A stretch of 64,000 bases of DNA from Botryllus schlosseri. Lineage: Eukaryota. Below the pieces are notes generated by a model, which was not told the origin of the DNA, searched no databases, and saw only the letters and a program-made list of their open reading frames with translations. The position numbers and the translations under genes were made by a program. Where the stretch lies: assembly GCA_051294905.1 (NCBI GenBank), contig CM119372.1:34164001-34228000 (forward strand). Reading direction: 5' to 3'. Numbering within the stretch: position 1 is the first letter of the stretch; the number at the start of each line of letters is the position of its first letter. Of this stretch, positions 27,425 through 39,090 are shown piece by piece.

Positions 27425-29467
27425 CAGTGATTCCCAACCGCGGCCCTGCGGGCCGCATGCGGCCCCCAGCTAGCCTTCTTGCGGCCCCCACAAAATATTG
27501 AGAAATCGATTTATGAAAAAAATTACTTTTATAATCTACTCTTGTTTGCCTTGGAGTCTGGAGTTTTCAATTAGGATTGCAGGATAGTTGTGAGTAGACT
27601 GCTAAGATTACGACACTGCTGTTTCAATGCAAAGTGCCCTAATTTTCCAGTTGAACGGGCAGTACATAGTTATAGGTATAGAGATAGGTATTGACAGGAC
27701 CGTAACTGCCGCACCCAAAGCCCCCCTCCCCTCCATTGGGGGAGCGAGCTCGAATGGGACCTAAAATTATTTATTGAATAAGTATAAATTATAGAATATT
27801 TTATGAAATTTTATGCAACTTTTTCAAAGATTTTTCGCGCTGCGCGTGATTTCAAGTTCCCAAGTACCCTAATTATTGGGTTACTCTTCGACCAAGATAA
27901 AGTACGCAAGATTTATAGAAGTTGGCATATCGGCGTTGGCCATTACCGCGCCACGACGCGCGAAGACATATAAAGTTTAGGCCATGTAACATGCGACTCC
28001 AAGAAGTGTGCCAGAACGATCGGCAGTGAGAAAACCTTGGCCGTAAAGGACTGCCCTTACGCTGACCGAAAACTTCGTCATGTATATTCAAAATACATAT
28101 AGGTATAATTGACCATAGGCGCCTGAATGACTAGCGCCGAATGTTCTTGTCTTGGCAATCTGAACGTCACGAAACAAATAGGCTACCATCCCGCAGGGAA
28201 GAATTATATGCCAGTGAAGAACTACCAATTTGAAATCGAGTGCATCTTTTAGTTTAGTATGTTTGGGCGATTCTATATTTCTTGATATAGCAGACTGGAG
28301 GTCACGAAATAACAATTATTATCATGTAACGAAGTCGTACCAACGGGTCCGCCCGTCCAAATATGTTAATTATTATTTACGGACCCTACAGTTTCCAAGA
28401 CACCTCACTCAGCTCTACCGGTAAATCTGATTACGCGAGCAGAGATGATAAGCAATAGTAGCAATATATATGCAATTCCCGATCTTATTGACCTATTTTA
28501 TTTTGAATTATCGAAAATTTTCGCGCTCCACGGTGGCTCATTAAACGGGGATCCTGATTTCGTGGCAGAAGCGAACAACGGCACGGGGGTTCGGTTTATC
28601 AACCTATGGGAGCTCAAGACCTAAGTGTTTTGGGGGGCCTGACGAAGTGCTGTTTCGTTCCTGCCAACGGGTAGGCGCCCGAAGATGCTTATTTATTATT
28701 GAGTGGTCCTACCTTTTCCAACAGAGCTCACTCGGCTCAACCGGTCAATCTGATTACGTGAGCAGAGAGAGGATAAAAATTGATATCAATATATACGCAA
28801 TTCCCGATTATATTGACCGATTCAATCATGAAATACAAAAATTTTTCGCGCTTCGCGCGATTAGTCGATAGTAGCTGCCTATAACTGACACCCGATTTAG
28901 ATGATAAATAGCGGTAAACAGCCATCTAGCGTGAGGGGTCTGGGGGCCTCCAAGTTCTGTTTATCACGCTATTGGGGGGGGGGGGGCAAGAGAAGGTTTT
29001 TATTGGGGGGCTGACGAAGTGCTGTTACGGCCCTAGGTATTGATAACTAATTTGCGGATAGATGTGCAACAAGTGCCTCACAATTCAATACGCCGAGATG
29101 CGTACTGCTTAGCTGGCAAAAAGCAGCATAATTGGTAGTCCTATAGCTCGCGACCCAAGCGTCCGAATAATTTGTTATGTCATAGTTTATTGGAAGCAAT
29201 TGTCGCACTGATTCCAAAAATACGATTTGAAATCTCTCCAGGGCAATAAAACTACTCCGAAATAGCCAGCAAAGGTTGATTGTTCTGAACAACGGGAGCG
29301 CGGCAACACAATGGCCAATGGCGCCAAGTGAATGATCGGAACAATGCCAATTTTCACATTTTGGTGATATTTTGGGTTCCTTTCATTTCCTTGGTATTCG
29401 TGCGGCCCCGGCCGTTTCCTGAAATTCTAAATTTGGCCCTGCCACCGAAAAAGGTTGGGAACCACTG
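27425..29467 (+). mobile_element. Non-autonomous hAT element, family C, copy 1 (MULE intron 6)
   Basis: TIRs CAGTGATTCCCAACC / GGTTGGGAACCACTG; closely similar to 30365-32900; flanks GACTAGAT/CTATGCCT do not form a TSD. Confidence 0.85.
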
Positions 29468-30364
29468 CTATGCCTGCGATGCATTTATATACCAACAACA
29501 CTAATCGATTCCCATATTAAGTCATCAATAGCGGCGCCGAAATTTGTTTGCGATTCGCTTTCGCCGCTTTGTGACCAAGTCATTATTCACATATCAGCCT
29601 ACTGAATTGAATAAAATAATCCATCTAACTCTATATTTTAATATATAACTTAACTGGCATACGTTTATGCGTGTAGAGACGTAAACGCGAACTGGCATTT
29701 GTACGTACATAGATTTAACCCGATTAATCTACTACAATTTAAAACATTGCCTGATTGCAAAAAAGCACACCTCTCCCCCTTTTGATTCACCTCTGAAGAT
29801 TGATGACACTTTTGCGAATTGTCCATGACTAACGTCTTTTCATTATCACATTATATCAAACATTGATAGTACCGATTTGCTTCGCGAATATATGAAGTAT
29901 TTACTATTTAACTCATTATTGTTTCTGCCTTAGGTATCACGAATGATCAACAAGGCAGTAATAGGCGGCCGCTGTTCCCACCCAGCATTTGGAATGTGCG
30001 ACAACGTACCATCGATGGCATGCACCGAACCAACAATTCTGTTGAAGGATGGCATCGCGGCTTCCGCGTTCTAGTTGGAGGATGTCACGTAACCATTTGG
30101 AAATTTTTAGAGTGTATAAAGTGAGTATAAACAATGGAAGATGTATATGTGTACTTGGTTTCAACTTGAATATACATATATATTTGAAGGATGGATGTCA
30201 TGCAAAATCGAGTGCAGCTGTTACAAACTTCCACAGGCCAGGCAACGCCTAAAAGAAAGAAAAAATACGTCGACATTAGCGACAAATTGAAGCGGCTTTG
30301 TGATGAAGCGTGGTCAACCGACATGACTACAGATTTTCTGCCTAGAGTGGCATACAATCTAAGT

Positions 30365-32900
30365 CAGTGATTCCCAACCGCGGCCCCGAGGGCCGCATGC
30401 GGCCCCAAGCTAGCCTTCTTGCGGCCCGCACAAAAATATTGAGGAATCGATTTGAGAAAAAAAATATATATTTATAAAATACTCTTGCTTGGCTTGGAGT
30501 CTGAAGTTTTCAATTAGGATTGCAGGAAAGTTGTGAGTAGACTGCTAGGATTACGTCACTGCTGTTTCAATGCAATGTGCCCAACTTTCCAGTTAAACGA
30601 GCAGTTCCTATAGATACAGGTATAGATCAGTGGTCAGGAACCTTTTTGTTCGAAGAGCTATATTAGCCCTATTTTTTCCATCTCAACTCCCAAAGAGCCA
30701 TACATGCTAATCAGTTGTTACGTCACAATTGAAAATTCGTGACGTTATGGCAGCACTAATTCGAACTCACTACATGGGATTTCTCGTGTGCGCCATATTT
30801 TCTCTGTAAAAACAAGTATTTATGGTTCGAAAATAACATGAAAATAACATGATACCTTCCTATCTTTTCATTTTATCGCAGTCTTATGATTTTTGAACGA
30901 TGCGTATTTGAAAACTGCGTTTTGAAATTGGCGTCGCTATGTTTGCTATGCTCTTTGATTAATCAACGTATCGCACAATTTAGGATCAGGGATATCTAGA
31001 AGTTCTAGAAATCCCTGTTCAAGATTTCGAGTTGGGTACATAGAATTCGGGAGTGATATTGGCCGCCGGCGTGACAGAAACTTAAATATGATGATTTTAA
31101 AAAGAGTGGGTCTGAGCTCCTAAATCTTAAGGCGACATTGTCTTTACCTCTCAAAGACATGTTTATACTGCCACGAGAATAATAATTCTATCCATGATGA
31201 AAATTTACCAACAAGTCGCCGCAATATTGATCAATTCAGTAAAAAAATAGATATTTGGCAAAGAGCCATATCTTATACCCAAAAGAGCCATATATGGCTC
31301 GCGAGCCATATAGGTTCCAGACCACTGCTACTCTTCCACCAAGATAAAATACGCAAGATTTATAGAAGTGGTCATATCGGCGTTGGCCATTACCACGCGA
31401 CGACGCACGAAGGCATATACAGTTTTAGGCCATGTAACATGCGACTCCAAGAAGTGTGCCAGAACGATCGACAGCGAGAAAACTTGGGCCGAAAAGGACT
31501 ACCCTTACGCTGACCGGAAACTTCGTTATGTATATACAAAATACATATAGGTATAATTGACCATAGGCGCCTAAATGACTGGGGCCGAATGTTCCTGTCT
31601 TGGCAATCTGAACCTCAAGAGACAAATAGGCTACCATCCCGCAGGGAAGAATTATATGCCAGTGAAGAACTACCAATTTGAAATCGTGTGCATCTTTTAG
31701 TTTAATACGTTTGGGCGATTCTATATTTTTTGATATAGCAGGCTGGTGGTCACGAAATAAAATAACATCATGTAACGAAGTCGTACCAACGGGTCCGCCA
31801 GTCCGAATATGTTTAATTATTATTTACGGGCCCTACAGTTTGCAAGACACCTCACTCAGCTCTACCGGTAAATCTGATTACGTGAGCAGAGAGGACAAGT
31901 AATTGATAGCAATATATATGCAATTCCCGAGCTTACTGACCTATTTTATTTTTCATTATCGAAAATTTTCGCGCTCCACGCTGGCTCACTAAACGATGAT
32001 CCTGATTTCGTGGCAGAAGCGAACAAAGGGACGGGGGTCGGTTTATCACCCTATGGGAGCTCAAGACCTAAGTGTTTTTGGGGGGCTGACGAAGTATTGT
32101 TTCGTTCCTGCTAACGGGTATACTCCTGAAGATGTTCAATTATTATTGAGTGGTTCTACCTTTTCAAACACAACTCACTCGGCTCAACCGGTCAATCTGA
32201 TTACGTCAGCAGAGAGAGGATAAAAATTGATACCAATATATATGCAATTCACGATTATATTGACCGATTCAATCATGAATTATAAAAAAATTTCGCGCTA
32301 CGCGAGATTAGTCGAGAGCAGCTGCCTAAAACGGAAACACGATTTAGATGATAGATAGCGGTAATCAGCCATCTAGCCTGAGGGGCTTCGAAGCTCGGTT
32401 TATCACCCTATGGGGGGGGGGGCAAGAGCAACGTTTTATGGGCCTGACGAAGTGCTGTTACGGCCCTGGGTATTGATAACTAATTCACGGATAGATGTGC
32501 AACAAGTGACTCACGATTGAATACGCCGAGATGGGTACTGCTTAGCCGGCAAAAAGCAGCATAATTGGTAGTCCTGTAGCTCGCGACCCAAGCGTCCGAA
32601 TGATTTGATATGTCGCTGTTTATCGAAAGCAAGTGTTGCACTGATTCCAGAAATACGAATTGAAATCTCGCCTGGGCAATAAAACTACTCCGAAATAGCT
32701 AGCAAAGGTTGATTGTTCTGAACAACGGGAGCGCGGCAACACAATGGCCAATGGCGTCAAGCAAATGATCGGAAAATGCCAATTTTGATATTTTGGTGAC
32801 TATTTTGGGTTTCTTTCAATGCCCTGGTATTCGTGCGGCCCCGACCGTACTCTGAAATTCGAAATTTGGCCCTGCCACCGAAAAAGGTTGGGAACCACTG
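30365..32900 (+). mobile_element. Non-autonomous hAT element, family C, copy 2 (in last MULE exon)
   Basis: Same TIRs; perfect TSD ATCTAAGT (30357-30364, 32901-32908). Confidence 0.93.
30628..31327. mobile_element. hAT MITE nested in family C copy 2
   Basis: TIRs CAGTGGTCAGGAACCT / AGGTTCCAGACCACTG; absent from copy 1; no TSD. Confidence 0.8.
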
Positions 32901-34384
32901 ATCTAAGTGAATAAATAGATAATAGCTATCACCACATATTTAGCATCCTTTCTGATGAAGAAACGCCAAGTCTGTGTTGGTGATCACCGCTGTACCTATT
33001 TATCCTCTGGATGTTTCATTTTAGCATGCCACAGACAAGTAATAAAATGCAAATAACCTGGAACATGATTGCTCATAATGTTGGAACTAGAGTTTCTGGG
33101 CTTACAGTAAATTCAGAACTTCTCAGTCTCTTATTTTTGCTAGCCGTAGAAGCTTTAAAACAGTAGGAAAGAAGCGACAAGGAAATATAGCGTGACTATC
33201 TGCAAGATAGCGTAATGGTTGGCTGTCAGTTGTCAGGTTGCTGAGTAAAACGGCAGCCTACTGATAAAATATTCTGCGATTGTAACAGCTAGAATTATCA
33301 TCATCGCGAAATGAAATTCGGGTCCAATTAGTACGGTACAGCGGTACGGTTAGTACGGTATCATTGAATATAGATATGATATATTGCATTACAAAGGTAA
33401 GTGCATAATTCGTTGATTGTCCGATTGTTGAGCGAAGCCATTACCTAGGAATCACAATCGTCACGGTCATAATCGAATATATTTCTGCGTAGGAATATTA
33501 CGCAGTGTACCGTTTGTCTAGGTTTGCTAACTGCTTTAGATGAAAAATGTACCTCGGTTAATTGTATACGCAGCGATCAACGAAGTTTCTTTATCTTGTG
33601 CTGTTCAATCCTGATGAACGCGATAATAGAATTTTTAATCAACCCAACTTTATTATCTACGCCCTACATTAAATTGTGTTTGCGCCCAGAATCACCACGA
33701 GACACGTTCTCTTACAATAAATCGCGAGCCAGATTTTCGTGACGGTCACTACTGATTAAACACGCACTTTTTCCATAGTAATCATCTGCTACCAATATTA
33801 ATTCTTGTCTACTTGATACACTCTATTCCCGAATTATCGCGTCAGCCTAAACATATGAATTATCGCGTCAGCCTAAACATATATGTTGACCAATCTATAG
33901 AATGACTAACCGTCTACTGAAAATGAGTATGCCCATGCCGCAAATGAACAATGTAGCGACCATGATTTGCCACCATATTTGTTACTCCCTTTGCGAGCTC
34001 TGTGAGAGTTGATGACTTCTCGATTTCAACCATATTATACTCTTTTGAGATATGCATGACAACTGGATGCTACAGATTTCCGTATCAGTGAAGCGGAGTA
34101 GGCTAATTCGTATGTCACCGTTGGTACACGAATCGGAAACGTTGTAGACAATCAGCTGATATTGTAAAACCGCTTTAAAACCAACCCCATTGATTGATGA
34201 TCACATGCTTTAGGACTACAAGTTCACGTGTACAATTCATGCATGCACTCATGCAGGCATGTCATGCATATGTAGGTACAGATCGCGTGTATGTGCATCA
34301 CGGCTATGCCACATTCGGTGTCAATTCGCAGGTATAATTTTACCGACAACGTCCGTCTCAGTAAAATTGATTCTCGACATTGGC

Positions 34385-34926
34385 AATTCTCGGTAATGTC
34401 CATTCTCGATAATGTCCATTCTCGGTATTGTCCATATTCTCGGTAATGACCATTCTCGGTGGTGTCCATTCTCGGCAATGTCCATTCTCGGTGGTGTCCA
34501 TTCTCGGTAATGTCCATTCTCTGTTGTGTCAATTCTCGGTAATGTCCATTCTCTGTGGTGTCCATTCTCGGTAATGTCCATTCTCGGTGGTGTCAATTCT
34601 CGGTAATGTCAATTCTCTGTGGTGTCAATTCTCGGTTCTGTCCATTCTCTGTGGTGTCAATTCTCTGTAATGTCCATTCTCTGTGGTGTCAATTCTCGGT
34701 TCTGTCCATTCTCTGTGGTGTCAATTCTCGGTAATGTCCATTCTCTGTGGTGTCAATTCTCGGTAATGTCCATTCTCTGTGGTGTCAATTCTCGGTAATG
34801 TCCATTCTCTGTGGTGTCCATTCTCTGTAATGTCCATTCTCTGTGGTGTCCATTCTCTGTAATGTCCATTCTCGGTAATAGCGTTCTCGGTAATGTCCGT
34901 TCTCGGTAATGGTTTTCTCGGTATTG
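34385..34926 (-). repeat. Right TIR array, ~34 x 16-bp unit
   Basis: TGTCCATTCTCGGTAA / TGTCAATTCTCTGTGG units; longer than the left array. Confidence 0.95.
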
Positions 34927-35756
34927 GTATAGAACCGATTGTTGCTACTTTGACCAGGAATTTTTTCTGGAGTATGCTGTCCACTACAAATACAGTTAGA
35001 TGCATTAATAACATGCCGACAGAAATGAAAACATTCATATACGGTATATTTACGATCAACTAAAAATGGCAGTTATTCAGGTACATCTACGTTTTTCAAG
35101 TAATAGAGTACCTTTTACTAAATAATTAGTGTTGATGGCATAATCAAGTGCAGAAAAAAATTCAACGTAAACAATCACCCGAATCACAAATGAGCCGAAT
35201 TGGATAAAAGGTCTGTCAGCTTGCCACACACTAATATCACTAACAATGTTCGGTCATGATGTTTGTCACAGTTCAAGTGATACAGCAGCTTGGGATTGAG
35301 CTCTGGATTTTGCTGCACTAATCATAATAACCAGACATACTTTTACGCGATTCTAGAATGGCCAAGCACACCTTGGATATTTTTCACTCAGTTGTGCAAG
35401 TTGTATTTTTGGCTGCAATGCACTCTACATATTGCTGAAAAGGCATATCATGTAGTGATTGGACTCTTCCTTCCACCCAATTGATATATGTGCCGAGTTC
35501 GCGAAATGTACCAGTCATTGTTAAGAATTGAAAGTAAATTTGTAGCATCATATCATGTCAGTTTACATTGATCTCACCTCTGATGCCTGTGCAACACCCT
35601 TCTTGATGGTCGCGACTTCATCCACTTGAATATCCCAGGAACTGCTCCAATTTTCAAATAGTGACTTCTGCAAGACAAAATCCTCGTCATTAAAATATTC
35701 CCTTCAAACACGTGTATTTCCAGTTATCTAGAAAAAAGTCAATAGCAATGATATCA

Positions 35757-36157
35757 CAGGGTTGTAATGACTCGAGTCGACTCAGACCCGAGTCACGATT
35801 TTCTTATGACTCGACTTGACTCGAGTCATTTTCTGAAAATACGGAAATTATTCAACTCGACTAGAGTCAATTGCTAAATGTGAGGAAAATTAGTATATTA
35901 TAAATGCGAACCATTAGATATCACTAAACAGAGTTGAAAAGTGGGTTTAACGAGACTTCAACTGGAAGCTGAACAGTCAAAATAATGACTTGAACTCGGA
36001 CTCGAGTCATAATACTATGACTTGGACTCGACCTTCTGCTCTATGACTTGGACTTAACTCGGTGGTGAATTGAAAATGACTCAACTTGACTCGAGTCAAA
36101 ACTATTAAATGGAGATTGACTTGTGACTCGGAGCCTTGTGCCTTGGTTACAACCCTG
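35757..36157. mobile_element. GACTCGAGTC-rich hAT-type MITE in the THAP intron
   Basis: TIRs CAGGGTTGTAA / TTACAACCCTG; TSD TGATATCA/CGTTATCA (6/8); relative at 52041-52414. Confidence 0.8.
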
Positions 36158-37488
36158 CGTTATCACAAAAGAACAGGAGAGAGTATAATCTGACTGAAAC
36201 ACTTCTAGTAATTTACTCACTTTAAAATTCGGCCCGACTTCACGTCTAATTTTTTATACCCATTTCTTCCGGTGAAAGGATAGATTCATGATCTTTCTTG
36301 AGCCGTTGTTGCATTTCAGAACACAACAATGATAGTGTGATCTTCCTGTCACAGTCCACGATCCTGCATCTCCATTCATGTCTGTTATCTCACAGGCAAT
36401 ATTATAGGTTGCTTGCTGTAAAAGTTCTTTGCAAGAAAACAACATGTCCATACGGTCTGAAACATAAACTGTGCTACACGAATAAGTTCACTAATTCAAA
36501 TTACGTAAATATCTCTGTTACGCCACGTTCTCGGCCAGGCATTCCATATTTTAACTTTGATTGGAATAAAGAGTTTAGGAGTATCAACAGAATCCTAATC
36601 GGCAGACTCTTTCAAGACATGACCTAATCCAATAAAATCCCGACGTATTTGGCATTTTGCCTACTAATGCTACTCACTGTCCATGAAACCCTGAAATACG
36701 CCTCGAATTCGCATTTAGACAAATTTGGTATTGTGACGGACGACTCGCCAAAGAAAAAACAATGCCTCAGCCGTGAAGCAACGACGAGGGCGGATGTCTC
36801 CGTCGCGCATGAACAATAATGCTCAATCAGCGGTGCGGCAATGAGCAATGCGCTTGTTGCCTCAGTAAGAGCGATAGTGGTCGGTTGGAGATGCAATCGC
36901 ATTGCGGGTAAACAGCAGCGCTATTGATGGCGCGTATCCATACTTAGTCCCGTCACAAGGGATTTGTTGCTGGTTTCTTCGGTTCGGTTCGTTAGTATTT
37001 CCATATATTAATTTTCGATCCACTCTCATCCCCCGTGATTGGATTTACCGATGGCTCTGATTGAGTGGTACATTAAAATATTTAGGGCACATCAATAATA
37101 ATTACACATTTGTGGCAGTTACAGCCCTGCATTCTTCACTGCAATAAAAATGGCGCATTGTATATATTCCGTTGTTCTGACTACACCTCAGAGAAAAGGA
37201 AAGCTGATGCCAGCTTCGTGCGAGCGAATGGTATAGCAATACGAACTTCCTGTTTGACCTGAGTACCTCGCTTCACCTATACTCGCACGTTGGCGAGTTG
37301 ACCTTAATTGAGCCATGTAAATCAATGATACGAAAGGTGTAAATTTGTGACGGTGAAATAGGGCATGACATGCCGTATGTAGGTTTATACATACCAGAGC
37401 AAATAAGTATAAAAGATATTCACTTTGGCGGATAAAACAATCAGTGTGCATACGATTTGGTAACATAATCGCTACAAGGCCAGTAAAT

Positions 37489-39090
37489 ATGGTAGTCAAA
37501 CTGCTAGTGTTCATCACCATTGCTACGCTTTTGACCAACGGGACATCTTCATCCGATACTGAAAAAAGTGACAGATATCGTGCTGACGGTTTGTAAATGA
37601 TAATTTCGACATCAACTGGAAACGACAAATTCCAAGTTATTACAGGTGCACATAGTGGTGGAGTTGTCCCTGCGAAGTGGTCTGCTGCGATAAAGAATAA
37701 ACTACCATCGGAAATATCCGAAAGTAATGAAGATCGCATGGCTGGCAGAGAGTCAAGGTAAGCAAATAAACCCGAAGCCACATTTGCGCGGCACTCATTT
37801 GCAGAATTTTTTCGCATAACGTAATTCGAACGTTTCGAGATTATATTCAACGGCAATTCTCCCATAATTTAGTCATTCGGGTACTTCATTTACATTTTTC
37901 ACATTTAGGAGCATGGTCTTCTATAAGAGCACAACCCCCCCGCCCCCTTCATAGAATGCATCGAGTTGGAATCCTCCGGAGAAGTACATCTCGACTTATT
38001 GGCGATCCCAATGTGGTTAAAATTGAATGGCATATTCATATGGAAATAAACCGGAATATTTTCGGCTGACAATCGTCAGGGATAATCGTTAGCAAATAGT
38101 GAAGAATTGGAAAGAACATTGAATATCAACAGTCGTATCACCAAATATGACTTCACCGGCATGGAATTTTGAAAAATCGAGGCGAAGAGATCGCTTAAGC
38201 CTGTGGTTCTCAGCCTTTTTGTCTTCACGGACTTTGGACCGTCACAAAGACATTTTTGTCCAAGACCCCGACAAGAAAACATCTACAAACAGTAATATGT
38301 TTGTATCAGTAGGCTATTGGCAATTTCGCAATTAAAAGGAGCTTGCACAGCAGAATATTATTCTCTCAGACGGCCATTCTATTATTGTGAGTTTTCAAGT
38401 TTTAGCAGTTATGAGGCGAAACTGTTTCACGATTTCTCAAATTAAAAAAAAAAATACAAATTACATTATCAACCATTCTGCAAATTGGAAGGTTTCGTGG
38501 ACCCCCGGTTGAGAACCACTGGCTTAAGCTTAATGTAATATTTCTAGATGTTACACGAACTCCTTATGTTAGCACAAACCACTGAAACGAGGTTGGCGTA
38601 TTTTGATAAAAATAGTTAAAATTGTAATAGCTGTACAAATGATACTCTGAAATCACGTGAAAAATGTGATTTTATTTATGCCAAACCTCAATTTTTCATC
38701 CCAACGAGAATGGTAATGAAAATCTTATATTTATTTTCTTTTACTTCTTTCTGCAGCTATCATAACCATGTACCCGGATGGCCTTCGTTGACCGATGGCG
38801 AAGCGACAAAAGAATAAAATAGCGATTATTTCAATGACAATTTTTGATGTGATTTTGATGATACACATAGAACTTGTCGCAAATTATACTGGGTATTCTG
38901 GTTATCTGGAGAGACGAAGACGCCTGCCTCTGCGATTCGCAGGTTAATTGCTGATAAATGGTGACCATCTCGTCCTTGTTGCCCAGGGATTCAATCTGAT
39001 GGTTTACCTAGCAGTGACGTGCGGTCAGGGAAGACCTCACCTGTCGTCGGGATCGCAACCGAAAATTGTGAAAACCTTTAATAAAATTTG
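37489..39090 (+). pseudogene. Secreted-N-terminus 7TM/GPCR-like pseudogene, paralogue 3 (exons 37489-37757, 38757-~39089; further exon-like block ~39869-40320)
   Basis: TATAAAA at 37408; MVVKLLVFITIATLLTNGTSS; ends GRESR|GTAAGC. Exon 2 starts YHNHVPGWPSL; after a frameshift come TM1-like IAIISMTIFDVILMIHIELVANY, a basic loop ERRRRLP, and TM2-like LLINGDHLVLVAQGFNLMVYLAV. Confidence 0.6.
38201..38521. mobile_element. hAT MITE
   Basis: TIRs C(T)GTGGTTCTCA / TGAGAACCACTG; perfect TSD GCTTAAGC; empty site at ~1981. Confidence 0.9.

Larger units (their letters stand above)
25015..32914 (+). pseudogene. FLYWCH + MULE DDE transposase pseudogene; exons 25015-25286, 25842-26001, 26068-26219, 26473-26629, 26750-26952, 27014-27149, 29934-30120, 30190-30364(+32909-32914)
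   Basis: All junctions GT-AG with compatible phases. FLYWCH (YWICTHYDRKKCRC...EHNH); DDE triad ADGTF / HDFE / TNNSVEGWH. Lesions: TAA 26083, TAG 26627, 1-nt frameshift near 26760, CxxH to CLFR, hAT insertion before final E-stop. Confidence 0.92.
23586..34936 (+). mobile_element. Phantom-type Mutator (MULE) DNA transposon, 11.35 kb, foldback TIRs
   Basis: Exact inverted termini GGTTCTATACCAATACCGAGAAAACC; tandem-repeat TIRs; internal FLYWCH+MULE transposase gene. No TSD recognisable. Confidence 0.92.
22540..36340 (-). pseudogene. THAP-domain + Harbinger/ISL2EU-type (HTH_Tnp_4/DDE_Tnp_4) transposase pseudogene, split by the Mutator element
   Basis: THAP: HCCVLKCNNG...SFHRKKWVKKIRR (36340-36221), intron 36220-35728, then ITGNTRV*REYF...LKIGAVPGIFKW. 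Beyond the MULE: YSGFSSY, QDELFLFLCRIHQGFGVKDLGVRFNL, IIIDCCE, YKNYVTCKCLIGIAPHG (23585-22960). Element termini not found. Confidence 0.85.

Noticed and set aside
37188..37865. 225-aa - strand ORF (longest in window)
   Set aside because: Antisense to the signal-peptide exon; broken in the paralogue (890-1641); TATA, ATG and splice signals favour the + strand.
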